The notes beneath the pieces are model-generated. The model did no database searches. It had not been told where the DNA came from and was given only the letters and a program-made list of their open reading frames with translations. A stretch of 64,000 nt of DNA from Candidatus Parcubacteria bacterium (GTDB lineage Bacteria > Patescibacteriota > Minisyncoccia > SURF-38), in the NCBI GenBank assembly GCA_003599335.1, contig QZJN01000007.1, forward strand, positions 812-64,811, given 5' to 3'. Below, in pieces: positions 45,445-55,336 of the stretch. Both the position numbers and the translations under genes were made by a program. Numbering within the stretch: position 1 is the stretch's first letter; each line of letters opens with the position of its first letter.

Positions 45445-46471
45445 CGAAATTTAGGAATTTCCTGTAATAATCGAAGTTTTCCAAAACCAAACCCGTACCA
45501 CGAACCACGGAAGTTAAAGGATCATCGGCTATTTTAACAGGAATTTTTATCTCATGAGCAATAAGCCTATCGAGACCCCGCAACAAAGAGCTGCCGCCGG
45601 AAAGCACCATGCCTCTGTGCAAAATATCCGCAACCAACTCTGGAGGAGTATCTTCAATCGTATTGTGAATCGCCTCTATTATCGTTTTAAGGGATTTTGA
45701 GAGAGCCTGCTTAACTTGAGAGCTTGTAATCGTAACCTCCTTGGGCAAGCCGGAAACAACATCTCTCCCCTTTAGACTCATCTCCAAATCGTCGTTGATG
45801 TTAACAGCCGAACCAATTGCAATTTTAACTTCTTCAGCAGCTCTCTCGCCTATGTGCTGCTTAAACTGATCACGCGCATAATTTATAATATCTTCGTTAA
45901 AACGATCTCCGGCCACCTTAAGGCTGCGGATTGTCACCAATCCTCCCATAGATATAATGCCAACCTCTGTAGTTCCTCCTCCAATATCGGCAACAAGGGT
46001 GCCCACGGGTTCATCGATCGGGAGCCTAGACCCTAAAGCCGAGGCAACCAACTCTTCTATGAGGTAAACCTCCCGAGCTCCGGCATTAAAAGCCGCATCC
46101 TGAACTGCTTTTTTTTCAACTTCAGTGGCAATGGAAGGAATACCGACTATAACTTTTGGTCTTGGTACTAAAATTTTAAAATCCTGATGAGCTTTTCCTA
46201 TAAAATAGCGGAGCATCTGCTCTGTAACCTCAAAATCAGAAATAACGCCGTTTATCAAAGGTCGGGTTACGCTTATATGAGACGGCGTTCGTCCTATCAT
46301 TTTTTTTGCACCCTCCCCTATCTCAAGAACTTGATTCGTTTTTTGATTTATCGCAACGACCGAGGGTTCGGTTATTGAAATCCCTTTGTTTTTTATATAA
46401 ACAAGCGTATTGGCCGTACCCAAGTCAATTCCTAGATCTTTTGAAAATATGCCAAAGAAATTATTAAGCAT
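45437..46471 (-). CDS. mreB: rod shape-determining protein MreB
   Basis: DLGTANTLVY phosphate-1 motif, DIGGGTTE phosphate-2 motif and VLSGGSSLLRGL adenosine motif. Confidence 0.9.
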   Translation of the reverse strand: MLNNFFGIFSKDLGIDLGTANTLVYIKNKGISITEPSVVAINQKTNQVLEIGEGAKKMIGRTPSHISVTRPLINGVISDFEVTEQMLRYFIGKAHQDFKILVPRPKVIVGIPSIATEVEKKAVQDAAFNAGAREVYLIEELVASALGSRLPIDEPVGTLVADIGGGTTEVGIISMGGLVTIRSLKVAGDRFNEDIINYARDQFKQHIGERAAEEVKIAIGSAVNINDDLEMSLKGRDVVSGLPKEVTITSSQVKQALSKSLKTIIEAIHNTIEDTPPELVADILHRGMVLSGGSSLLRGLDRLIAHEIKIPVKIADDPLTSVVRGTGLVLENFDYYRKFLNFVE

Positions 46472-47762
46472 TTTTTACAGGTCTTTTGTTTTTTAGTTTT
46501 GTGAGATTTTTTATTAGAGAATTGACATTAATTAATTTAGGCTTGGCTTCTTTCCTTCCTTTCACCTCAACAAAAGAAGACCCCTTAGCAATAGTTTTGG
46601 GTCCAATAACAATTCTCAAAGGGATTCCGATCAAATCGGCTTCGGCAAGCTTTTCACCGGTAGAGAAACCGTCCCTGTCGTCGTATAAAACATCGATTCC
46701 CAACTCGGATAATTTTTTATATAACTGTTCCGAAGCTTTTTTTATTTTAGAACCCTCTTTGGAATTACCGCCAGCAAGAGCAATAAGATGGAACCCAAAA
46801 GGCGCCACGGAATCAGGCCAGGTTATACCCCTTTCATCATGATGAACATCGACAATGGTTCCCATAACTCTGGCGGGGCCTATACCGTAAGAGGCCATCC
46901 AAACAAGATTATTCTGACCAAACTTGTCTTTATATGTAAGCCCAAGATCTTTACTAAATCTTGTTCCAAGACGAAAGATATTACCGACTTCAACGCCCTT
47001 TGCCTCGGTAACCTGATCAGACCCCAAAGGACATTTATCGCCAGCTTTTAACTTGGCAATCTCTTTATTTTGAGCCCAACCGTGTTTGGGGCAATAAACT
47101 ATAGTGTCTTCACCATAAGGACTCAAAACCTGAAATTCGTGAGAATAATCCTTTGTAAAAGCTCCGCCCGAGGCCTCTATCATCAAAGGCTTCAAGCCGC
47201 ATCTCTTAAAAATCGAAAGATAAGCCTCGCCAACTCGTTTATAATATCTATCTAAATCTGAAGCATCTGCGTGAAAACTATATAAATCTTTCATAATAAA
47301 CTCCCTCGTCCTAACAAGCCCAGATTTAACACGCAGTTCATCTCTAAATTTAACTTGTATCTGATAAATCGCTTTGGGCAAATCCCTATAAGATTGAATA
47401 AAATTTTTCCCAAGCCAAGCCACAGCCTCTTCATGAGTCGGTGCCAACCCAACCATTCTCTGAGAATGATCCTTTAGTTGATACATTATTTCGTTTAAAC
47501 CCTTCCAGCGACCGGTCATATCCCACAATTCCTTTGGTTGCAGCACAGAAAGATGAAGTTCTGTTGCTCCAGTTGCATTCATTTCTTCTTTTATGATTGA
47601 ATTTATTTTATCCATTACTCTCCATCCTAACGGCAAAAATACGTAAACCCCCGCCATAAACTTACGGATAAAACCACCCCTTTCAAGCAAACGAGCATTA
47701 ACTGAAATTTCGTCCTTAGGCTCTTCTCTTGATACTTTACTAAAAAGCTCACTTTGTCTCAT
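46464..47762 (-). CDS. proS: prolyl-tRNA synthetase (short form without editing domain)
   Basis: N-terminus SELFSKVSREEPKDEISVNARLLERGGFIRK and class IIa motifs (FRDELRVKSGLVRTREF). Confidence 0.75.
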   Translation of the reverse strand: MRQSELFSKVSREEPKDEISVNARLLERGGFIRKFMAGVYVFLPLGWRVMDKINSIIKEEMNATGATELHLSVLQPKELWDMTGRWKGLNEIMYQLKDHSQRMVGLAPTHEEAVAWLGKNFIQSYRDLPKAIYQIQVKFRDELRVKSGLVRTREFIMKDLYSFHADASDLDRYYKRVGEAYLSIFKRCGLKPLMIEASGGAFTKDYSHEFQVLSPYGEDTIVYCPKHGWAQNKEIAKLKAGDKCPLGSDQVTEAKGVEVGNIFRLGTRFSKDLGLTYKDKFGQNNLVWMASYGIGPARVMGTIVDVHHDERGITWPDSVAPFGFHLIALAGGNSKEGSKIKKASEQLYKKLSELGIDVLYDDRDGFSTGEKLAEADLIGIPLRIVIGPKTIAKGSSFVEVKGRKEAKPKLINVNSLIKNLTKLKNKRPVKNA

Positions 47763-47774
47763 TGTTTTTTATGT

Positions 47775-48878
47775 TTAGAAAAATCTGTTTATGTCCTTTA
47801 TGGTTACAAAAATCATCAGTAAAATCAAAAGGAAAAATCCAAAAGCGTTTGCCCATTGTTCAACCTCTCTTTTTAGAGGTTTGCCTCTTAACTTTTCTAT
47901 TGCCAAAAAAAGCAGCCTGCCGCCATCAAGAGCCGGAAAAGGAAGAATGTTGATAAGAGCGATGTTCAAAGACAATATAGCAACAAGTTGAAGAATAAAT
48001 ACAAAACCAAGAGAAACCGTCTGGGCTGTTATTTTAACAATACCAACAGGGCCGGTAAGACTCTCCGACAACGTACCTGTTGTAAAAGCTTCTTTTATAA
48101 TCCCTCCTATAGCTCCTATAAAAACGGATAAAAGCCTTCCTGTTAGTTTTAATCCTTCCCAAGGAGCCTTATACCAAGGAGTTCTTATTAAAGCTGTCTT
48201 TAGCATTCCGATACCGAGAGCTCCTTCTCCCAAGGGAGGATCGATTCTCGGCGTAGCTGAAACAACCAATTCATCGTTCCCCCGCCTTATCTGTAAAACA
48301 ATTTCCTTACCAGCCTGAGCTTCAATGAAATTTCTAAATTCTGTAAGGGCGTCTTTGCGACCAAGCGCTTCGCTGGTTAAAAATATCTGACCTTGTGATT
48401 CGATTTGTAAAATTCCATCCCCGGCTTGAATACCGGCCAATTCCGCCGGAGAACCCTTTGCAACATCAATAACTGTAATCATTGGGTTTGATGCTCCGGG
48501 TGGTAATTCTCCCTCAAAACCACTCTGAACTCCAACCACCTGAACGGCCGTCAATAATAAATAAGCAAGCAATACATTCATTAAAACCCCGGCTGCCAAT
48601 ATAAGAGCCCTTTTTCTGGCCGGTTGGGCAGCAAAGCTTCCTGGTTCTTTTTGTTCGGAATCGTTCTCGCCAAATATTTTTACGAAACCTCCAAGCGGTA
48701 TAAGATTGAAAGAAAATAAAACCCCCTCTTTATTCCTTTTGCCAAAAAGTCTCGGCGGGAAGCCAAAACCAAACTCTTCAACCTTAACTCCGGATTTTTT
48801 GGCAGCAACGTAATGCCCCCATTCATGAACAAGGATCAAAACGGCTAAGGTTATAATAATGACGATTGTAGTCAACAT
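47775..48878 (-). CDS. rseP: RIP metalloprotease RseP (M50 site-2 protease)
   Basis: HEWGHYVAAK HExxH motif, a PDZ domain and the C-terminal LDGG motif. Confidence 0.85.
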   Translation of the reverse strand: MLTTIVIIITLAVLILVHEWGHYVAAKKSGVKVEEFGFGFPPRLFGKRNKEGVLFSFNLIPLGGFVKIFGENDSEQKEPGSFAAQPARKRALILAAGVLMNVLLAYLLLTAVQVVGVQSGFEGELPPGASNPMITVIDVAKGSPAELAGIQAGDGILQIESQGQIFLTSEALGRKDALTEFRNFIEAQAGKEIVLQIRRGNDELVVSATPRIDPPLGEGALGIGMLKTALIRTPWYKAPWEGLKLTGRLLSVFIGAIGGIIKEAFTTGTLSESLTGPVGIVKITAQTVSLGFVFILQLVAILSLNIALINILPFPALDGGRLLFLAIEKLRGKPLKREVEQWANAFGFFLLILLMIFVTIKDINRFF

Positions 48879-48880
48879 GC

Positions 48881-49447
48881 TTATTTTGTCGTTAATTCTT
48901 TTTCTTTTTGCTCAATTAAATCTTCTGTTTTTTTATTAAACTCATCAATGATTTTCTGAATTTGATCCTTGAACTTAAACCTCTCGTCTTCGCTTAAAGC
49001 CTTATCTTTATATAAAGCTTCAATCTGCTTATTGGCCTTTTCCCTTGCAAGCCTGATTTTTATTTTTGCCCCCTCACCGTAATCATGAACAAGCTTTATT
49101 AACTGGCCCCTGCGCTCTTGGGAAAGCGGCGGCAACGATAACCTGACGGTATCTCCGTCGGCTATAGGTGCCAATTGCAACTCTGATCTGCTTATAGCTT
49201 GGGCTATTGACGGTAAAACCGTCTTATCCCAGGGTTCAATAACAATTGTGCTTGGGGGAAGAATATTTATAGCGGCAACCTGTTTCAATGGCATCTTGCT
49301 CTGATAACAATCAATCATGATATTTTCAACGAGCGCGGGTGAAGGTCGCCCGGAACGGACTTGGCTCAATTCCTGCTTAAAATGTTCCATACCAGAAGAA
49401 CATTCTGCCTCGAGAACTTTTTTTATTTCATCAGCGGATCCCTGCAT
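48881..49447 (-). CDS. frr: ribosome recycling factor
   Basis: VRSGRPSPALVENIMIDCY matches the RRF signature. Start taken at the internal Met. Confidence 0.85.
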   Translation of the reverse strand: MQGSADEIKKVLEAECSSGMEHFKQELSQVRSGRPSPALVENIMIDCYQSKMPLKQVAAINILPPSTIVIEPWDKTVLPSIAQAISRSELQLAPIADGDTVRLSLPPLSQERRGQLIKLVHDYGEGAKIKIRLAREKANKQIEALYKDKALSEDERFKFKDQIQKIIDEFNKKTEDLIEQKEKELTTK

Positions 49448-50567
49448 AAATAATCTTGTCGTTATTATAATTAACAATTATAACGCCAACTCTTTTAGAT
49501 GTAGGCAACTGAACGGCATTCCAAGAATCTCCAGAATCTAAACTCCTATGAACCTGCGAACTTGCTCCAAGTAATATTAAGTTTCTGTTTTGGTTAGAAA
49601 AAGCAACGCTCTCAATCGGCAAAAATTGAGGAGGCACAATCGTTCTAACCAAAGACCAAGTTAAACCATTGTCTTCGGATTTAATTAAGCCAAAAGCCGT
49701 TCCGGCATAAACGGTTGATTGTAAAGATGGATGAAAAATAATTGTTTTGATATCTCTTGCCGAAGAAGAAAGTTTATTCAGATTGCTCGTAACCTCCGTC
49801 CATGTCCTGCCGTTATCGCTGGAACGAAATAATTTACGCTCATTTGTATAAACCAGCATGATACCGTTTTTCGGGTTAATCTCTATTGTGCTTATGGCGC
49901 CCGGAAACCATCTTAAAATTTTCCATGAAATTCCGTAGTTTTCGCTAACCAAAAATCCTCCCTGGGCTGTCCCTGCATACAAATCATCATTGAAAGGATT
50001 TTGAGCTAAAGAGAAAACTCCAATATTATTTACTGGCGCAAGATAGATTCTTTCAAAAAAATCCTTACCGTCCCACTTAATAATAGAACCAAGGCCATTT
50101 GAAAAAACAGCAAGATAAATGCTCCTTTGACCAGAATTCTTCCCAAAAACAAGCTTATAAACGGTTGATTCCTGCCCAAGCCCAACGGCTTCATTGCTAA
50201 TAAGCTTAAAAGTTTCTCCCATGTCTTCAGACAAATAAAGGCCCCTGCCAAGGAAAGAAACAAATATTTTTTTATCATTTTGATCATCAATGATGGCAAA
50301 TAAAAGATTATCTTTGCCACTGCTGATATCTGGCAAATTTGAAAGACCATTCCAAGTTAAACCGCCGTCATCTGATTTAAAAACAACCTGCGCTCCCTTT
50401 TGAGTATCACGCCCCAAACCAAAACCATCGGGTATCAAAGGCCCTGCGATTTTTGGAATAACAAAGATAACCACAATCACAACTATAAATATTATTATAA
50501 AAACTATTGCGGCCTGCATAATTATGTTTGCTGCCCAATGGGCAATTTCCACATTACTTTTTCCCAA
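49431..50567 (-). CDS. membrane-anchored BNR/Asp-box repeat beta-propeller protein
   Basis: N-terminal TM helix. At least six S-x-D-x-G-x-T-W-type repeats (SDDGGLTW, SEDMGETF, SENYGISW, SSDNGRTW, SEDNGLTW, SLDSGDSW). Confidence 0.6.
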   Translation of the reverse strand: MGKSNVEIAHWAANIIMQAAIVFIIIFIVVIVVIFVIPKIAGPLIPDGFGLGRDTQKGAQVVFKSDDGGLTWNGLSNLPDISSGKDNLLFAIIDDQNDKKIFVSFLGRGLYLSEDMGETFKLISNEAVGLGQESTVYKLVFGKNSGQRSIYLAVFSNGLGSIIKWDGKDFFERIYLAPVNNIGVFSLAQNPFNDDLYAGTAQGGFLVSENYGISWKILRWFPGAISTIEINPKNGIMLVYTNERKLFRSSDNGRTWTEVTSNLNKLSSSARDIKTIIFHPSLQSTVYAGTAFGLIKSEDNGLTWSLVRTIVPPQFLPIESVAFSNQNRNLILLGASSQVHRSLDSGDSWNAVQLPTSKRVGVIIVNYNNDKIIYAGIR

Positions 50568-51475
50568 CCAATTCTACTATTAACGTTTGTGGATTGAATA
50601 AGACCAATCAATTCTATGACCTCCTTAGCCCAAACAAAAAAATTATTGTTCAAAACTTTAGATAAAGAGTAAGAAAAACCTCTACTAAAGTCTTTAGAAA
50701 TACCCAACGAATCAAGTAATTGAAGATGAATCATATTGCAGACCAAAACCGATAATTCATTGCCGCTTTCTGATTCTTCTGCAAATTTTTTCCACTCATT
50801 CCAGGAAAAAACCTTATCTCCCGAAAAAACTGATAATAGCTCACTGATGATTTTTTCTCCTTTGCCTTCACTTAGCCAAGTTTTAAAATTAAAAACCAAT
50901 CCCGGTCTGCCTTGGACGAAAAGTTTTAGCAATGCCTTATTAACTTTTACATCACTGAAGTTATAAAAACCCGTCATCAAAGAAGAGGGCACCGATCCAA
51001 AAAAAGTGCTGGCTACACGAGAAATTATTGTATCTGGCAGTTTTTCAGGCTGACTTGTAACTAAAAAGAAATAAACACCTTCATAAGGCTCCTCCAGGGT
51101 CTTTAAAAGAGCATTTGCAGCCTCCTGGTTCAATAAATGAGCATTATCGATAAGTATAATTCTAGGACCACCGTAAGAGCTCTTAAAAGATAATTTGCGT
51201 TTTAAAAATCTTATATCCCCAATCTTTATCTCTTCAGAGGCTTCACCGATGAAAATAAAATCTTGATTTTTATCAAGACCAAATCGGCAAGAATTACACT
51301 TACCACATGGAGCAACCTTCTTTTTTTCTTCACAAAACATAAAAGTTGCCAATTCTTTAGCGACATTTTTTTTACCCACCGCCTCCGGACCTCTAAAAAG
51401 GTTGGCGTGACCAAGATTGCCTTGGATAAAAGCTTCTTTCAAAAAATTTAGTTGTCTTTCGTGCCCCACAACCAT
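50522..51475 (-). CDS. holB: DNA polymerase III delta-prime subunit
   Basis: ANLFRGPEAVGKKN degenerate P-loop, CGKCNSC zinc module, DNAHLL box and SRV motif. Confidence 0.7.
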   Translation of the reverse strand: MVVGHERQLNFLKEAFIQGNLGHANLFRGPEAVGKKNVAKELATFMFCEEKKKVAPCGKCNSCRFGLDKNQDFIFIGEASEEIKIGDIRFLKRKLSFKSSYGGPRIILIDNAHLLNQEAANALLKTLEEPYEGVYFFLVTSQPEKLPDTIISRVASTFFGSVPSSLMTGFYNFSDVKVNKALLKLFVQGRPGLVFNFKTWLSEGKGEKIISELLSVFSGDKVFSWNEWKKFAEESESGNELSVLVCNMIHLQLLDSLGISKDFSRGFSYSLSKVLNNNFFVWAKEVIELIGLIQSTNVNSRIGWEKVMWKLPIGQQT

Positions 51476-51533
51476 TTCGTTATTTTTTTAAACTTTTACA
51501 AAAGTTTACCTATCTAACTTTAACTCTTGCTTT

Positions 51534-52541
51534 TTACTTTTTAGACATAATCGAGCGCTTATAAATCTCCAGATTATCAAGAGCTAGTCCCGTACCCTTA
51601 GCCACACATAACAACGGCTCTGAAGCTATATATGCAGCCACTCCCGTTTCTTTTGTTAAAAGACTGTCTATATTTTTAAGCAAAGCGCCACCCCCCGAAA
51701 TAACCATCCCTTTTTCAATTATGTCTGCCGCCAATTCCGGCGGTGTCTTTTGCAAGACGTCCTTAACGGCTTTAACCATTTCATCCAACTCATCCTTCAT
51801 TGCTTCGGTAATTGAATTATTCGACACCTTAATTGTCTTAGGCAAACCATCGACCAAATCCCTTCCCCTGATTTCCGTAAACTCTTCTTTTTTGGAAGTC
51901 ATAGCCGATCCTATTGCCATTTTAATTTCTTCAGCTGTTTGTTCTCCTATAGCAAGACTGTGTTTTTTTCTTAAATACTCGATAATCGCCGCGTCCAATT
52001 TATTACCGCCGACTCGTTTAGAATTCCAGGCAACAATCCCACCAAGAGAAATAACAGCTATCTCAATCGTCCCTCCCCCTATATTCACAATTAAATTTCC
52101 GGAAGACTCGTTGATTGGCAAATTAGCTCCAATAGCAGCTAAAATAGGCTCTTTTACAACATAGGCCGCTTTTGCCCCAGCCTGCAAAGCAGCCTCGATG
52201 ACGGCACGCCTTTCCGTCGAGGTAATCCCGGCAGGAACCGAAATCATAACATCGGGCCTAAACAACCTAAATCTCCCAAAAGCTTTATTGATAAAATAAG
52301 AAAGCATCGCTTGAGTCATTCTATAATCGGCTATCACCCCATCTTTTAAAGGCTTTGTTGCAATTATAGAATCTGGTGTTCTTCCCAACATTTCTTTAGC
52401 AACATTACCAACGGCGAGAATTTTTTCATCATCAACACCGACAGCAACGACAGAGGGCTCGTTTATAATAACCCCTCTGCCCGGCACAAAAACCAGAGTA
52501 TTTGTTGTCCCCAAATCAATCCCAAGTTTACGTATAAGCAT
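51534..52541 (-). CDS. MreB-like actin homologue (second paralog)
   Basis: LGIDLGTTNTLVFV and NIGGGTIE motifs with end-to-end similarity to MreB. Confidence 0.8.
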   Translation of the reverse strand: MLIRKLGIDLGTTNTLVFVPGRGVIINEPSVVAVGVDDEKILAVGNVAKEMLGRTPDSIIATKPLKDGVIADYRMTQAMLSYFINKAFGRFRLFRPDVMISVPAGITSTERRAVIEAALQAGAKAAYVVKEPILAAIGANLPINESSGNLIVNIGGGTIEIAVISLGGIVAWNSKRVGGNKLDAAIIEYLRKKHSLAIGEQTAEEIKMAIGSAMTSKKEEFTEIRGRDLVDGLPKTIKVSNNSITEAMKDELDEMVKAVKDVLQKTPPELAADIIEKGMVISGGGALLKNIDSLLTKETGVAAYIASEPLLCVAKGTGLALDNLEIYKRSIMSKK

Positions 52542-52673
52542 TAAGATAAAACTTACTAAACAAAATAACCAATTCTCAAAAAATCCCTATAAAAACTTGA
52601 TTAATTCTACATCAACTCTTTGATTTTGGCAATTCCAAAAAGGCGGTGATACTATGAATCAAAACCCAAATCG

Positions 52674-54062
52674 ATGGATCAAAAGACAAAAAGAAAACTT
52701 AGAATACTAAGCCTTATATTATTCATTGTCGGCGGGATTCTTTTGTCTGGCTATTCCAGGGGGTATCGTTTTGATTGGGAAAAAGGAAAGTTGGTTCAAA
52801 CGGGCGGTTTTTTTATACAAAATAATCAAGAAAGAACAACCGTCAGCATTAATGGTAAAGACCAAAAAACAAACAAAAGAATCTTCTTAACCAAAGGTGC
52901 CTTGGTTGAAAACCTCATACCTCAAACATATGAAGTTTTTATTGAAGGCGATGGTTTCGAACCGTGGTATAAACAATTACCAGTTCATCCCGGATTCATA
53001 ACGGAAATAAAGTTTGTAATCTTATTTCCAAGAAATATAGAGTTGGAAAAAATAGACGATATTGAAAAAGAATTGGTTATAGTTCGAAATGACGGACTTT
53101 TTTATATAACTAGAGATAAAAACGGGTTATTTCTAAAAATCAACGAGCCCGATGGCAAGCATGCCATGATTATAAAACTCCCGAAATTCGGGTCCGATGA
53201 AAAAAACATATTACTAAAAGGAATGTCCTCAAGTAAAAATTACGCAGTTTTTGCAGACGAATCGACCGACCAATGGTTTGCCTTCAACTTAAAGGAACAA
53301 AAAATTGATATTCTGAGCGTAAATACCATAGACTCTTTTGCCTTTGATGAAAATGACAATCTATACATATTTAAAGACGGTAAGTTATACATAAAAAGAC
53401 CAGCCGATCAATCAGTCGCCTTATTCTTAGAAAAACAAATTTTGGGTTTTACAATTTTTAACAATGAAATTTTCTATATAAACAAAGCTTCTTCCAGTCT
53501 TGAAAAAATAAACAGAAACGGCAGAAACAATATTAAAATCGCAGATCTTGAAGTTAAAAACAATCTCCCAAAAACAATAAACGTTATCAATGAATCAACA
53601 ATTGCTCTTTATGGGGAAAACTCTGACTTTACGCTTATAGAAACAAGCCAATCAAGGGAAATGAAGAAAACACTAATCGACAAAGACATCCAGCAAATAA
53701 GTTTTGATAAAAATAAAGAGAAGATTGCATATATAAAAAAGATAAATGAAGTTTTTGAGTTATGGATTTATTATACAAAAAGTTTTGATCAACAACCCCA
53801 AAAACCAAAGGGTTCAAAAGAATTAATTTTAAAATCAACCACAGATATAGAAAAAATAGATTGGTTCCAATATAAAGACTTCTCACAACATTTGTTTTGG
53901 CTTTCAGACAAAACCATCAATATAACCGAAATAGATAACCGCGATAGACTAAACACCTATCGTCTGGCAACCGATGTCTCTGATTTCTTCTATAAACCGT
54001 CTGAACAAATTTTGTTGGAAATTAAAACAGATGGGATTTGGCAGGCCAAAATAAATCTCTAA
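52674..54062 (+). CDS. membrane-anchored PEGA-domain protein with beta-rich C-terminal region
   Basis: N-terminal TM helix. TTVSINGKDQ...YEVFIEGDGFEPW resembles a PEGA domain. The C-terminus resembles a TolB-like propeller. Confidence 0.35.
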   Translation: MDQKTKRKLRILSLILFIVGGILLSGYSRGYRFDWEKGKLVQTGGFFIQNNQERTTVSINGKDQKTNKRIFLTKGALVENLIPQTYEVFIEGDGFEPWYKQLPVHPGFITEIKFVILFPRNIELEKIDDIEKELVIVRNDGLFYITRDKNGLFLKINEPDGKHAMIIKLPKFGSDEKNILLKGMSSSKNYAVFADESTDQWFAFNLKEQKIDILSVNTIDSFAFDENDNLYIFKDGKLYIKRPADQSVALFLEKQILGFTIFNNEIFYINKASSSLEKINRNGRNNIKIADLEVKNNLPKTINVINESTIALYGENSDFTLIETSQSREMKKTLIDKDIQQISFDKNKEKIAYIKKINEVFELWIYYTKSFDQQPQKPKGSKELILKSTTDIEKIDWFQYKDFSQHLFWLSDKTINITEIDNRDRLNTYRLATDVSDFFYKPSEQILLEIKTDGIWQAKINL

Positions 54063-54065
54063 AAA

Positions 54066-54097
54066 AATAAAGCCGCTTTAAAGCGGCTTTATTTTTT
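54066..54097. terminator. bidirectional rho-independent terminator
   Basis: AAAGCCGCTTTAAAGCGGCTTT perfect hairpin flanked by A-runs and T-runs, between convergent genes. Confidence 0.65.
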
Positions 54098-54623
54098 AAC
54101 GCTTCGCCCACTGAGGAGCTCGTCTTGCTTTCTTAAGACCATATTTACGACGCTCCTTCATTCGCGGATCCCTGGTTAGAAAGCCTAACTTTCTTAGATA
54201 CCTTCTATATTCTTCGTCAACCTCAAGCATAGCTCTTGCAATACCGTGTCTCACGGCCTCTGCTTGAGAATTAATCCCGCCGCCTCTTACCTTAACCGAA
54301 ATCCCGAATTTTTCTTTTGGTTGCAAAGACTGCACCGGAGCTTCAACGGCTTCCTGCCAAACATGATAAGGGAAGTAGACTTTATAATCCTTATCATTTA
54401 CTTTTATTCCGCTGCCATTCAATTCCAACCTAACCCTGGCAACCGAGGTTTTCCTGCGACCAACAGCTTCAAAGTATTTTCTTTTATCTTGTTGTTCGGT
54501 TTTTTCTTTGGAATGAATTTTAACATCATATGTTTTTTGATGATGTTTTAAAGTCTGTTTTTTCACTTCTTTTGAAGCTTGTGGTTTTTTCTTTCCTTTC
54601 ATTTTTTTATTTATTAAAAACAA
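54096..54623 (-). CDS. rpsI: 30S ribosomal protein S9 with Lys-rich N-terminal extension
   Basis: C-terminus GGGINSQAEAVRHGIARAM...RKYGLKKARRAPQWAKR. A basic extension of about 45 aa precedes the conserved core. Confidence 0.85.
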   Translation of the reverse strand: MFLINKKMKGKKKPQASKEVKKQTLKHHQKTYDVKIHSKEKTEQQDKRKYFEAVGRRKTSVARVRLELNGSGIKVNDKDYKVYFPYHVWQEAVEAPVQSLQPKEKFGISVKVRGGGINSQAEAVRHGIARAMLEVDEEYRRYLRKLGFLTRDPRMKERRKYGLKKARRAPQWAKR

Positions 54624-54963
54624 TTTTTAATCTCTTCAATCTTTGCTTTTTCAACCTATTAGCTGGCAACATTCCGGCAACCGCGGTGTACAAAACCCTG
54701 TCTGGATGTTTTTCCAACAAAACTCTCAATGGAGTCTGCTTCATTCCTCCGGGATAACCGGAATAACGTTTATATTTTTTTTGATCCAATTTAGATCCAG
54801 AAAATCTTATTTTCTCAGCATTAACAATCTCAACCCAAGGTCCGGACTTTTGATTCGGAGTATATTTGGGGTCGCCCTTACCCATCAATAAATGCGCAGC
54901 TCTACTGGCGACCCTGCCAAGAATTTCCCCCGAAGCATCTATTTTGTGAACAACAGCATCCAT
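54607..54963 (-). CDS. rplM: 50S ribosomal protein L13
   Basis: ASGEILGRVASRAAHLLMGK and the following conserved residues. Confidence 0.9.
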   Translation of the reverse strand: MDAVVHKIDASGEILGRVASRAAHLLMGKGDPKYTPNQKSGPWVEIVNAEKIRFSGSKLDQKKYKRYSGYPGGMKQTPLRVLLEKHPDRVLYTAVAGMLPANRLKKQRLKRLKIVFNK

Positions 54964-54966
54964 AAA

Positions 54967-55314
54967 TTAAATAAGTTCCAAAATAACCATCGGAGCGGCG
55001 TCTGATTTTCTTACGCCAATCCTTATTATCCTCGTATACCCCCCAGAACGACTTGAATAACGTGGGGCAATATCTTTTATGAGTTTAGAAGTAACCCTTG
55101 GACTCAACCCCTGTAATATATTGCGCCGAACAGCTAAATCAGGACTTTTTGCTTTAGTAATAAACTTTTCGGCAATTGGAGTTGTAGCCTTGGCTTTTGT
55201 AAGGGTGGTTGTAATCCTGCCACGAAGAAATAAGGCTGTAACCAAAGCCTTTTTTAAAGCATTACGCTGATCTTTCTTTCTTGATAGTTTTTTACCCTTT
55301 CTTAAATGTTTCAT
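54967..55314 (-). CDS. rplQ: 50S ribosomal protein L17
   Basis: MKHLRKGKKLSRKKDQRNALKKALVTALFLRGRITTT. Confidence 0.9.
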   Translation of the reverse strand: MKHLRKGKKLSRKKDQRNALKKALVTALFLRGRITTTLTKAKATTPIAEKFITKAKSPDLAVRRNILQGLSPRVTSKLIKDIAPRYSSRSGGYTRIIRIGVRKSDAAPMVILELI

Positions 55315-55336
55315 TAATTTACCTTCTCAGCCTTAT

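Noticed and set aside
51721-52164. Antisense ORFs inside mreB-like, rpsK/rpsM, aaRS and other core genes (also 58426-58890 and 17027-17467)
   Set aside because: They are embedded in strongly conserved genes on the opposite strand, with no RBS and low-complexity translations.
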